A DNA stretch of 64,000 nucleotides from contig JALJEE010001840.1 of assembly GCA_023231475.1 (NCBI GenBank), positions 1-64,000 on the forward strand, read 5' to 3'. This document shows positions 25,414 through 38,134 of this stretch, one piece after another (the stretch's first letter is position 1; every line of letters starts with the position of its first letter). The notes under the pieces are model-generated. The model ran no database searches and had not been told where the DNA came from. It was given only the letters and a program-made list of their open reading frames with translations. The stretch comes from Seison nebaliae. Its lineage: Eukaryota. The position numbers and the translations under genes were made by a program.

Positions 25414-26517
25414 TTATTGACCATTGGTGGTGCCACAATCGCACATTTTCTGCCAACATTTACATTCTCTCGGGCATCTAGAACATGGTTTTCCTTTAAA
25501 ATATGGAAGTTCCAAGTCCATTCCGGTAATTGATTTGAAATAATTACAGATTATATATGATCCAGTTGTGCAGAAAGATTCACCACAACCAACTCGAGAT
25601 GCATTTGAAAATATTACCATTGTGTAATGACCAATCTCCTTTCCACCTATTGGCATTTTCCCATATCTATAATACTTCTTCTCGGCAATGAACCTACCAA
25701 CCGCTCCTAAAGTATCATGTACCGTTTCTCCCGATACGCCCTTCCCCATACATTGACCAACTGGACCTGCATATAATGGTTCACTTCTATATTTACTAGT
25801 GTATTCATGACCGAATTGACACCTTGCAGCCCATCTTTCTGCCGTTTGTTCCAAATGCAAATCATAATACAATCTCTTCATATCAGAAGCCGGTACCAAT
25901 CGACGTTCCTTCATATGAAGTTCTAAAATTTGCAGCCGATACTCGTCAGTATACTTAACAATTCTATTTAAATCTGGAGATGCTGGTAAGCATGCTGTGT
26001 GATATGATGATAAACTCTCAAAACGAGGATCAGCACATCCATATTTTTTGAATGGATTTCGTCTACCTAAGATGTTTTCATCTGCACTTCCAATACTTGG
26101 AAAATTTCCATTATTCGGTGGTTTAGTTCCATCACTAATCTCGTCTCCATTTCCACCATCTCCAACTCCTCCAGATACTGGTTTATCATTTCCACTACCC
26201 CCAACTCCTGCAGGTTTATCATTCCCATTTCCGTCAGTATCGCCAGTATTGGATGGGATATCTGTGTCTAAATCAGCATCTTTTTTATTTTTATCCAATG
26301 CATTAGCAACAGCAAAAGCAACAATTAATGTCAATGCTAGAACGATATAGAATATTGAGATATCTATTACCAATAGAACAGCTTTATCAAATGGATCATT
26401 CCTATCAAATACAATTTTATGAGTTCGATATACTCCGTACCTTTTAAATCCATAACTAAGTCGTCTATACTGTTTTTTAGCTGTTTGCTTAAAATTATAG
26501 TTTCGCCAATAACTCAT
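25414..26517 (-). CDS. Membrane-anchored CAP/SCP domain protein, paralogue C, with Gly/Asp/Asn-rich stalk
   Basis: N-terminal TM, stalk with repeated GNDKP, then HTAC, ILELHMKERR, GHYTMV, RVGCG, YIICNY and CSRCPREC. Confidence 0.9.
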   Translation of the reverse strand: MSYWRNYNFKQTAKKQYRRLSYGFKRYGVYRTHKIVFDRNDPFDKAVLLVIDISIFYIVLALTLIVAFAVANALDKNKKDADLDTDIPSNTGDTDGNGNDKPAGVGGSGNDKPVSGGVGDGGNGDEISDGTKPPNNGNFPSIGSADENILGRRNPFKKYGCADPRFESLSSYHTACLPASPDLNRIVKYTDEYRLQILELHMKERRLVPASDMKRLYYDLHLEQTAERWAARCQFGHEYTSKYRSEPLYAGPVGQCMGKGVSGETVHDTLGAVGRFIAEKKYYRYGKMPIGGKEIGHYTMVIFSNASRVGCGESFCTTGSYIICNYFKSITGMDLELPYFKGKPCSRCPRECKCWQKMCDCGTTNGQ

Positions 26518-27320
26518 TTGATATTACTGATTTCTTTTTCAAAGTAGGTATTAGAACTAAATTTTTGCGCTCTCAATCGGATGATTATATAACCACTGAA
26601 TATTTAGTATACATAATAATTTTAATAATAATTCATCAGGATGTTGCTATTCTACAACTTATCTTGGTAAGAGAGAATATTATGGGATTAATATAGTGTA
26701 TTCCGAAGCAGAGTTGTGTTGAAAGTTTGAAAAAGGAAATTAAAAACGGTTCGGGAGAACCGTTTCATTGAATGAAACATTAGTAATAGGAAATCCCACA
26801 GCATATTTCCTCCAAAAAAAATTTCATAATTCTGGAACAAAACTTTTGTTATAACCTTATTTTTAGGGATATAAAGAAATGAAATTTTATGAAATAAAAC
26901 GTGTATAATTTTAAGATGATTTAATCAAAAAAAAGTAAGTAAAGATTTTCAATCTGCAATTTTACAGGTCTATAAAGGCAACACATTCATGAGGGATATT
27001 TCGAACGAATTAGGTGTCTTTTAAGGGACAGTGATTGTCTGACAGTCGGACGAATTTGTAAAAGCGACAAGATCTTGATCGTAGGAAAGAAAATTTGGAT
27101 CGCTCCTCACCGATAAACCGACCGAATAAACGGAAAATCAAGAAATTCATTTTGGATAAACCATCATTCAAACGTGAGAACCGTAATAGACCGGTACAAT
27201 TTGCAATATTACATTACATTATTAGTTGTTTATCTATATTCAAAATTTCAGAAGGTTTGGATGAATATGAACGCATCATTATTTCGCCCAAATGGATTTC
27301 ATCCATGTGTTTTTTGAAGA

Positions 27321-27494
27321 ATTATCGATGCAGTTCTTTTGGATGCAAATAATATGTTTTCTTTTAAAATTGGTGAAGTAAGTTATACCGATGTATCGGT
27401 CTTCGCATATGCTGATGACATCCTGATTGGTTTCAATAATTTGAGTCAGAGCAAGAAAATGATTGAATTTGTACGTTCTCGATATATGTTCTAA
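27321..27494 (+). mobile_element. Fragment of a non-LTR retrotransposon reverse transcriptase
   Basis: Reads IIDAVLLDANNMFSFKIGEVSYTDVSVFAYADDILIGF...*, with a YADD catalytic motif at 27408-27419 in LINE-like context; no intact ORF around it. Confidence 0.7.
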
Positions 27495-28235
27495 TAGTTT
27501 ATTTATGGCAATAAATCGTGCCTACAATCTGCTCGTGAATGACCAATCATTAGAACGGTCTGTTTTTTTCATAGATATATTTGTTCTTTACTCTGCGTCT
27601 CTACTTGTCTTTCCTCCACTTCAAATCCTCTTTTTTCGTCAACTTTTTTTATCTTATGAATAAAAGTTCCGATTCAAATTGACACACTTCTTATTCTCAC
27701 TAGTTTTCACTATTTTGATATTCACTTTATGTTTGCACACAGTCGTTGTTGGATTAATTTATAAGCAATTAATTTTTTCATAGGATTTCACAGCATCGTT
27801 GCCAGTTTAATCTCTCGAGATTTTCTTTCGCACTTACATCATTTGATAAATATAAGGAAAATCTAAAAGTTTTTTCTTTATTTCCCAATTTCCCTCGACG
27901 GGAAGTTAAAGAATAAATGCAAATTATGAAGAGTAACTAAATGACTAAAACCATTTAAAATTAATTCAAGTTTTTTAAGGTGACGAAACTACCAATTTCT
28001 GATAAAAAAAAGTTATTGGTCACGAAATCACATAGATGGGAATCGCACCCTGTGAGTTGAAAATAGAAATCTTTATGAAAACAATTTTATACATGATTTA
28101 CAAATATTAATAAGGCAAATAGGAATATTCACCTTAATAACAACATCCAAGAATAAACTATTTTTAGACCGATATTTGGGAAATATTAACTCTTTCTTCC
28201 AACTTGCAAAAGAAGAAAATAATTTCAAGAGAACA

Positions 28236-28865
28236 ATGATCATTTTTCCTTTCTTAATTTCGATCTTGATACCGTTAATTTCAATGAATTATCAAGCAGA
28301 TATCACTTACTCTACACCTACCTATAATATGGAAGTGTATGTACCTTCGGCTGTAATTGGTATGGAATTCAATGTAAGAAAACTTATGTGCCAAAGAGGA
28401 AAAATGGAAGTTTTGAATGTTCCGGATCCTGAATTTTTCAAGTTTTTAGTAGACTTTGTCGATGTCGGTAAAGAGCCGAAAGTTTTTTTGGGTCTATCTT
28501 ACGACTATGGATCGGCAGCCTATCATTGGTTTAATATCCCTAATTCAAGAATGATTGACAATTGTTCTTACTGGGGTACCAATCAACCATATGACTTGTC
28601 CAGTATTGAACCACTAACCAGTATTAAGTCCACTAATGCGTACGCAGGGAAAATACATACGGAACCGCGTTACGCTTCTTTACGTTCAGCATGTAGCAAA
28701 TTTCAGCGCAAAAATGTCAATACCCACTTCTCTTGTGATATTATTGGTCGACTGTTGATAGTAAATTTAATTAACAAGTTGATAAAAGACGAATTAAATG
28801 TTATATACTATAAACCTAGAAATTGTTATGAAACGGATGACATTTATGGATGTTCTATCATATGA
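28236..28865 (+). CDS. Secreted C-type-lectin-like domain protein (atypical)
   Basis: ATG 28236 begins a signal-peptide-like MIIFPFLISILIPLISM; CTL-like pattern C-QRGKMEVLNV...FLV...VFLGL...YHW...YWGTNQPY...SAC. Confidence 0.65.
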   Translation: MIIFPFLISILIPLISMNYQADITYSTPTYNMEVYVPSAVIGMEFNVRKLMCQRGKMEVLNVPDPEFFKFLVDFVDVGKEPKVFLGLSYDYGSAAYHWFNIPNSRMIDNCSYWGTNQPYDLSSIEPLTSIKSTNAYAGKIHTEPRYASLRSACSKFQRKNVNTHFSCDIIGRLLIVNLINKLIKDELNVIYYKPRNCYETDDIYGCSII

Positions 28866-29188
28866 AATAACTAAAAATAAATGAACCATGCATTAATATT
28901 TAAATTATATTTCTAATTATAAATTGTCGGGTTGGTGAAAGTGAAAAAAAGTGTTTCGTTTTTTCTAATATTTCAACAGGAACTAAATAAAGGAAGTCAA
29001 ATGATCAAAAAAATTTTAAAATAAAAAAATTGGGCATAGATTTATTTCTTCTACATTCGTCGTCTTATCTTTCTTTAAATTTTATTCTTCTGATTTATAG
29101 ATCAAAAAATTTTTATAAAATAAATTTCTTGTCCACATAAGACATTTAGAAAGAAATGAATAGGTATTCTTGTAATGAATTGAAATTG

Positions 29189-29365
29189 AATTATATCATA
29201 GTTATAATATTTATTAATGAAATTCCCGTCGGGATAAAGAAGAAAATAAAGTAAAAAAATTTCGATCTTCGCCAATATTGATCAGTCTGCGTAATTCAGC
29301 GAGAGATTCCCGATCGATGGGCATAGATTCCGTGGGATCAATTATATCATAGTTATAATATTTAT
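29189..29365. repeat. Dispersed repeat copy 2, flanked by a perfect 26-bp direct repeat
   Basis: aattatatcatagttataatatttat occurs at 29189-29214 and 29340-29365; the interior matches the reverse complement of ~1828-1930. Confidence 0.75.
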
Positions 29366-30325
29366 ACTTCGGTATGAAATAATTTGTAATAATTAATAAT
29401 ATAAGTAATTTCTCAATAAATAATAATAATAATATGATTATTTTTCTATACCAAATAATAATAAACAAAAAGAAAATGAAAAAAATTTATCCTATCGGGA
29501 TAATTTCAATAAAAAAGAACGAATAAGATTGATTAAACGAAGGAAATTATAAGGATTCAATTTTATTGAGAAGATTAACATACCTCCTCACGAGTAATAA
29601 TGACAATGACGGAAATTCCCCGTTGGTGAACATGAAAGCTGTATAATGATTATTCCACACAATGATCACACAAGTGCTACCATTGGTTTCAAGACAATCC
29701 CTAATGAAGCTTGAACACCATATAGGTCACTAGGGGTGGGGAACGATCTGTGATCCAAAAATGAAAAGGATCGATCCTTCTATAGTATAGAAGGAATATA
29801 GAATCTATACACTCCAAAAAAAAATCCAGACTACTATACATACCCGAGATCGATCCTAAACATGGGTATCGTTCCTAACGAAATTAAAAAATAATGAGAA
29901 CGAAACAATCTCTTTTACATGTCAATCTTAAATCAACTTTTCTATCTATTTTAAGATCCTGTTCGATATGACTCAATTTGTGAGTTTTGATCTTTCTTAC
30001 CACCTTTTGGAATCAGCATAACAAGAAAGATAAGGATATTGCTATAATCCATTAAAAGATGAACTAATATCAGCATTACATATGGATTATTCAAATATGT
30101 TAAATCTTTAACAGTATTTAATGCCCAGTAAACAGGCGATAAATACATACAAGTAAAATATTGGTTCAAATTAATGGCGGCTTTAGCTATATTTTCCTCT
30201 TTGTAATCATTAAAATGCGAAGTAATAAAATAAGGAAAATATTTGGATTTTAAGCTTAATAAAGTGAAATTTGAATTGGAAATAAATATCGTGAACTAAT
30301 TGACAAATAGAAATAGTTTCTGACA

Positions 30326-33300
30326 ATGCAATGCGTATATAAAACTATCAAAACGCCAACCGTCGTCAATTCATCATGTTGGATGAAGCCAATGGAAACA
30401 GATAAGGAATATTTGGTTACGTCATGCACGAATTATTTAAATTTCTATTTTGTGGAAAAAGACAAGTTGATTCTGGAGAAATCTTTCCTTTTTTTTGGAC
30501 ATGTGATTAATATGAAAAATATCAGATTACAACCAGATAGAAAGAAAGAACAATTGGTCATAATATTTAATGATGCGAAATTATCTGTGTTAGAATTAGA
30601 TGAAGATTTCAATCAGTTACAAACAATTTTCTCTTATGATTTCACCGAAGATTATGATTTGATGGAGGGTCAATTCCAGATCACTTCAATTCCTCTTATG
30701 ACTGTTTCATTAAATTATCGCTGTATTTGTTTCATTTTATTCAATACGAAAATGATTCTAATTTCTTTCAATGATAAGACGACATCTTTTCTAAAGGAAG
30801 AAGATAAAATGGTTGAGGTCATCAGTACATCGAATGAACGGAAAAGAAAATTAGATGTTGATTCGTTTGGAGAAGGAGAAAAGTTTGAGAATAATAAAAA
30901 ATTTATTTTTCACAAACAAGAGAATGAAATCGTGTTGAGAAATGGAGAAAAGGAAGAAGGAAATGAATTGTTAAATGATCGATATCTTTTATCAGCACAA
31001 ATAGATGTTTATGATTTGTTGTGGCTCGTAACTCCTAGTATTGTACATGTGAAAGATGTAACATTTCTTAATGACTATTCTCAACCGACATTAATGTTAT
31101 TGGGAGAGACGGATCAGTTATGGAATGGACATCTCGATATTATGAAACCGAAACATTTCTCCAAATGTTATTTGTTTTCATTTCATAAAAAGATTCGTTC
31201 TCTTACCAAATTCTATGAGATTCCTTCACTTCCTCATGATTCAATGAGATGTATTGGTCATCCATCCAATAATAGTGGTATGATCTTCTGTCATAATTCG
31301 ATAATTTTAATGAATTCAAAATTTGAATTAATTCTCATTCAACTCAATTCATTTGCCAACATCAATTTAAATAAGAAGAGTTTCCATTCAATTGTCGATC
31401 ATATGAAAGAAGAGTTAACATTGGAATCGATTGAACCTTCTTGTATTTTTGATGATAAATTATTTTTCATGACATCAGATGGTAAGAGTTATGTGATTTG
31501 TTTAAAAACTTATTCGGTTATTTCAACATTGTTGATGATTGGAGAAAGTGTACAGTTATCTTTACTTACTCCTAATGGTTCTCAATTATCGTCATGCGTT
31601 TCAAATGATCAGAAATATTTGTTCACTTCTTCTAATCATTCTGATGCATTACTTTTAAAAATATCAAGAGACTGTGATACGATGAAGGTAGATATAGATG
31701 AAAATGAATCATCTTGGAATGGAGAATATGAAGCTCAAATAAATTATCATAATAATAGTAATGATTATAATGAAGAAGAGTTGTGGGAACAATTAGATGA
31801 ATTATGGAAAGACGAGACAAAAATAAAAGATGAGAGCGATGAATTGAACGATAATATTTCATTGAAAATAGTGGATGTTCTAAGAAATGTTGGTCCGATA
31901 AGTAAGATGTGTTCAGGTGAATCCGCTGGTGTCGGTTCAGGCTTATTGAAAGCTGGTCGCAAATCTTTACAGATGACAAATAACGGAAATAATTTCAAGA
32001 AAATGGAAAAAGAAGAGAATGCGACGAATGATGAATCGATAGGAAATGAGGATGATGAAGAAGAAGACGATGAAATTGATGAGATGAATCAATTGTCCAA
32101 TGTGATCAATAATGAAATATTTCCATTAGACATGTACTTGTCATCGGGTTATAAACAGACGTCTTCCGTTCACCAAATTCGTCAATCAATTCGACCTGAA
32201 TTCATCAGTAGTAGTAACGCTGTGGCTGAATGTAACGATTTGTTCACGTTGCATTTGAGAGATAATTTGGAAGATTTGATATGTCTGTTGAATGGAGATA
32301 ATGAGATTGAGGAAGAAGAATTGAAAGAATTGAAAGAATTGTTTAATGAGAAGAAGAGAGCAACTCTCAAACAAGAACTACTTATTAAAAAGCATTTGCA
32401 ACATTCACTCATTATGTTTTGTCGGACATATACATCAACTATTCTTCGAATGAAAGATAATGAAATGAATGAAGTTGATGAGAAGGATTCTCTTGGAATT
32501 GATATGAATCAAAAAACTATTTATGCTACTTCTTGGGTATGTCAAGTGGACGGATCATGGAAAGTGTTAAATTTACAACTTGGACAGACATTCATCCGAT
32601 TAATTGATGATGTTCATTGTGTACAACATGTTAATCTCATCGAAACAAATAATTACGATAATGACGAAATGAAATATGGAATCTCCGTTCACACCTTCTT
32701 CAACGTAGAAGTCGTACGTTGGAGTATGTCATTTCCATACGTTTTTATCACAATGAATGATCTATTTCAGCATTTTATCATTCTCAAATATCAGCATGGA
32801 CGACTAGTTGAATTAATAAAACATCCTTTACTCTCCATAAAGGAAAATGGAATTGTCACAAATTTTCCTCAATCTTTTTGCACATTCATCACTGAGAACA
32901 CAGATGATGAACATCCTTTCTATTTGTCTCATCGGCCAAAGAATGAGCGACTGAATTGGTTATTGTTCATCGATCGAACTGGAAATTTAATAATATATTT
33001 AGTGGAAGATGGACATCTAACTCAAATGTTCTATATCAACAAATTTATTTTAACACCCAAATATGCTACTGATTATTCTTCTCTCGCAATTAATCATGAT
33101 CTGATGAAAAATATCGAATTACCAGAAATTCATGAGATGTGCGTTGTCTTTTCTTTCGATTTTCGACGTTGTTATCTTTTCATAAGAATATCAGTCGATT
33201 TAGTTATTTATGAGATAAAAGAACAAAGACGAAATATATATCGAAAGAATGACGAAGTAAAACATTTAAATCTTTCTCATAATCTGACTGGAAATTTCGG

Positions 33301-35902
33301 GGAACATGAGTCGATAGAAAAAGAAGATAAACGATTGAAATTGAATTTCATAAAAATGTCGTCTGTGGACGCGACTATCGATCAACAATTCATTGGAAAA
33401 TGTAAACAAATGAATTTGGAAACGACCATGTCAAACAATCATTTCAATCTTTATGATGAATTGAGTACTCTTCATCATTTGATTCGAGAATTGGGATCGG
33501 AACGTCCTGTCATATTCGAGAATTTGAAAGATTATATTGTTAATCAAATTGAAATAGATTTATCGAAATTGAGTGAGAAGCAAATAAAAGTTATTAATCA
33601 TGTGAAATTGTTGTTAAATGGTGTGAAGTTATTGTGTCAATTATCGTTCGATCTGAATCATCATTCCAATTATCATGAATCGAATGATAACCAATTATTC
33701 GAAGAACATCAATTAAAGGAATTATTGAATGAATTATTTACTAAGAAAGAACAAACAGAAATTATGAAATTTCCATCGATAGAGAAACAATTAATGAAAG
33801 ATGGATTGAATGAATCGATGATGAATGATATCAATTGGAAGTTTTTAGGACAATTGATAAAAATCCGTTTAAATTGTTCGACGAAGAAGAAACGATTCAT
33901 TTTCCCATTCGATATTGTGAATGAAAGACGAGGTATAATGGTTGGTGGAAAATATCCGATAATTTGTTCGTTGATGGAGAAATGTCGTCTTCGAATCCAT
34001 CCATTATGGTATGATGCAGAAATTCAATCATTCGCACCCTTCAATACATCCAATAGTTATGAAGGATTTATTTATTATACACAAAAGAAAATGTTTCGTA
34101 TAGCTGTTATGCCGAATACGACGAAAAATCGTTTAGATTTACATTCAAATTTTATTAATTGGAAATATCGAATAAATGAAATTGATAAGAATTCGAGAAG
34201 TTTAGATTTGAAAAATGAGACAAAAGATGAAGAGAATGAAGAAGAGAAAGAATTACATATTCCAAATGAAGAAGAAATTAATCAATTGATTTCTTTAGAT
34301 AAAACAATGCCTGATATGAATGAAATGAATGACGAAGTCTATTTACTCGATTATGATCATCAATGGATATTACGTAGATGTTTCTATCCGAATTCTTCTG
34401 TAAAACATCTGACATATTCTTACGACCTAAAAATTTTCGTCGCTATTATTGAAGTGGAAGAGGAACTTGATGAGTTTCCTGTTCTCGATGTCGACACTCG
34501 AGTTAATGTTATTCTCCCGAAACTCTACGACATTAATTCGAAAAGTGCACCACGAACTAAAAGATGTCAACAATATTTGATAGTTTATGAATCGGACACA
34601 TGGCAAGTCATTCCAAATTCAATTTTCAAATTTCAGAAACATCACAAAGTTACATCAATCGCATTGACACCATTAACATTCAAAGGACATGAAAGTGGAT
34701 TGCGAACGTATTTGACAGTGTCGACGATTGGGAATTATCAGGAAGATGTCTTCTCATTTGGCATGTTACATTTATTCGATTTTCTCGATGTAGTTCCTCA
34801 TCCGGATAAACGATTTTCTGATCTGTCATTGAAATGTATATATTCTAAAGAACAAACCGGTCCTGTTACCGCTGTTAACAGTGTTGTTGGTCAATTGTTG
34901 GCAGGAGTAGGACAACGAGTCTTCGTTTGGACATTAGAAGAACGAAAATTGATCGATCGAGCATTTATCGATACTCAGATATTCGTCTCATCATTAAGCG
35001 TTCTAAAAAATTTCATTGTAGCATCTGATGTTTATAAATCGATTTATCTAATGAAATATGATGAAAGTCAAAGAACTTTATCAATTTTAGCACGTGACTT
35101 CCGCCAATTATGTACCTCAACTATCAACTTTTTAGTTGATGGTCAATATCTTTCTTTCATTGTTTGTGATACGAATGATAATTTATTTACTTATTCCTTA
35201 TCCGTTGAACATGAACAGACGACTGGTCTCTCAGGTCAAATGAGTGAATCGATGTCTACATTCTTATTAGCGGGATTCAATGCACTTGTCAGAAAAGGAG
35301 ATTTCAATTTAGGACAAAGTTATCCTTTCCAAACTTCCTCAGCTACAGCAACGTCGTCACTTCGAGTTTCCACTTTATTCTCTCATGCCATTCCTATTGA
35401 AAAGCGATTCCATCCACGACAATCTCATAATTATAAGAGAAAACAATTGACATTCATTGGAAGAGTTGATGGGGGAATTGGTTGTCTCATTCCCATCAGT
35501 GAACGGATACATAGACGACTAGAATTATTACAACGTGTTATGTCCATTGTCTTATCATTTGAAGGAAATTTATATCCAAAAAAATTTCGGTTTTAATTTA
35601 TTTTCATTATAATATTTTCATTAATAAATTGGATTTTTAAGGAAAATTCGAAAGAGTCATGTGGAAAGTTATAATGAACAAAGAAATATTATTGATGGTG
35701 ATCTCATCGGAATTTATTTGGGATTGGACTGGATAACAAAAGTTGAAATTGCCAAACGAATTGGGTCGAACGTGGAACAGGTTTATCTCTCCAAATCTTT
35801 TTAAGACTCTTTTAATGTTTCTTCTGTTTTTCTTTTCCTTCTACATTTCAATAGCTACATGACGATTTGGTTGAAATGAATCGTTTATTATCATGTTTCT
35901 GA
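30326..35902 (+). CDS. CPSF1: Cleavage and polyadenylation specificity factor subunit 1 (CPSF160); 3 exons, with large insertions
   Basis: FNDAKLSVLE, NVGPI, LRIHPL...SFAPFN, DVVPHPD, KEQTGPVTAV, AFIDTQIFV, DVYKSI. Introns 35590-35641 and 35781-35855 add the terminal RNIIDGDLI...EIAKRIGSNVEQ|LHDDLVEMNRLLSCF*. Confidence 0.93.
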
Positions 35903-36832
35903 ATTGACGAGATGAAAGTCAAAAGAAAAACTTTGTCTTATGTAATTGGAAGAGAGTATGAAAAAATTGAAGAGACATGGGAATTTGGTTGTTGAGAAGC
36001 TCGAAGATCGTTTTAATTTGTTTTTATTCATTTCGAACATCCAATTGAAAATGAATTATTTGTTCGTCCTTTCTTCAATATAAAATAGAATTATATAACA
36101 TTTTTGTATAATAGGAAAATATGTCATTTGAAAAGTTCTATGAAATATGTGAATTTACATGGAGAGATAAGATTGCCATTGTTACCGATAAATGGAAATC
36201 CTGAAAATTTAGTGATAAATAAACGATTTGATAATTGGGAAATGTTTTAAATATTTGATATGAGAAGAATTGTGCGTAATTTTCAGATAACAAATTGTAT
36301 ATTTACAAAAGATGTTTGATGTTACTTCCATATTTTCCTTGGAATTATTTTTCTTCCATAAAAGTTATCATTATGGAAACGATGTTACTTAAAATAATTA
36401 GTTCGATTAGAACAATATACAATTGGTTGACCTGTTCCCATGAATGAGTTATCCTTCATTCAACTGTTTCATTGACATAGTTTGATTAAGGAAGATTTAT
36501 GCAAATATATCAACTACTAACGTTACATTAATTACATGAATCTAAAACGGTCAATTTGAGGGAAGAATTATTCTCTAATAAATTTGTTTCGGTTTTAACA
36601 ATAATTTGAAGGAGAAATAAATGAGAGAGGTGTTGGTTGAATGTTTAAAAAATTAGTTAAATATTCCGCATTTATGACGACAAGGCCATTCCATATATTG
36701 AACAAAATTTTTAATAACATAATTTCTTTTCATACGTCGTGTATCGTCTTATTGTTGGTGAATTGAAATTGGAAGTTGACTATTCTATTACATCATAATT
36801 GAAGTGTCGGTTGTTGTTGTTTGTGTGGAGGA

Positions 36833-36873
<41 letters not shown>

Positions 36874-36884
36874 GATGATGATGA
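36833..36884. repeat. (ATG/GAT)n trinucleotide microsatellite
   Basis: About 17 GAT units with one GAA interruption, in the CPSF1-TRP intergenic region. Confidence 0.9.
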
Positions 36885-38134
36885 CATTGATTCTTCTAAT
36901 AGTACGAACAGAAAATTTCTGTTGGAATAATCAAACATTATTTCCATCCGGTTTTTAGCGATACAATTTCCTTCAAAATTTTTAATTTAATTTTTTTTCT
37001 TCACTTTCATTACAGATCTCTTTATAAAAGGATTCCAATAAATTTAGAACATCGTATATTGTGCAGGACAATATTGCTTTTATATACACGTTTACAGATT
37101 AATAAGAATTTCTCGCTAAATATTTTTAGAAATTAATTTATCTCTCAATAATGATGGATAATGGATTTATAGCTTTTAATAATAGATAAAATAATGAAAT
37201 TTGGTGCTTGAGGAAAAACATTAATAATTCACCAACATCTATATCAATAAAAAACCGTTTACCTACCGTTTTATGATTGATGAACGTCAATAATTATAAA
37301 CCAAACACTTCCATGAAATATTATCAATGTATCGCTTATTTCCATTTTCATGTCAGAAAGTAATTTGGAAGGAAATGATGAACGACTTGTCAATTTATTT
37401 GTTCTTTAATAATTATTCGATGTAGGGAGAACATGGAGCAAACGATGAATTCGACGATTAGTACCAATCAACAATTGATCCATCATCATTGAATATCGAA
37501 GAATATGGTGAGGAATAAGAATTAATTTTTCATGTTTTCTATCCTCGAAATGTACGATGAAATGAATGATGCAATTCTAATAATTTTTCAAGAAGAAGGA
37601 AATCACCAAACAGACTGATTGAATTTATTATAGTTGGAAGTCGAGAGAGTTGTTGAAATAGTTATTGGAACTAAATGATTTCCCATCGTTTTAATATTTT
37701 TCCTGAGAAACATTCCACTTCATATCTTCATCATCATCATCACCACTATCATCATTATCATCATGCTTTTTACATCTAACATTTAGGAAAAGGAATCATT
37801 AATACGTTTACCTTCTCTAACTATTTAAGGCGAAAGAGGAAATAAGTATCGAAAAAACAAAAAGTTTGTGAAGAGAAGAAGAGATACTTTTTTCACCAGA
37901 TATCTACAAGTGTAAATGATTGAACAGATAGAGATGAAGAGAAACGGTGTCGATGAATAAAGTTAAATTGATGGAGAAGGTATATCGAAGTTGAATAAGA
38001 ATAATAATCAAATCATCCATCATTCAAATCTTTACATTTTCATATCGTCAATCATCATCATTATCATAATTATCTACAATTATACATATCTTATGTTTTC
38101 TCAAATGAATCAATAATCATTAAGAAGTTTTTTC

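Noticed and set aside
26645..26680. acaacttatcttggtaagag, loosely like a spliced-leader exon followed by a donor
   Set aside because: Similarity is short and no Sm-binding site or stem-loops are evident at the expected distance.
28030..28055. gggaatcgcaccc, resembling the reverse complement of a tRNA T-arm/B-box
   Set aside because: No A-box, anticodon arm or acceptor stem could be folded around it.
36780..36950. Minus-strand poly-Ser mini-ORF through the GAT microsatellite
   Set aside because: Openness is explained by the trinucleotide repeat; under 60 codons and no other support.
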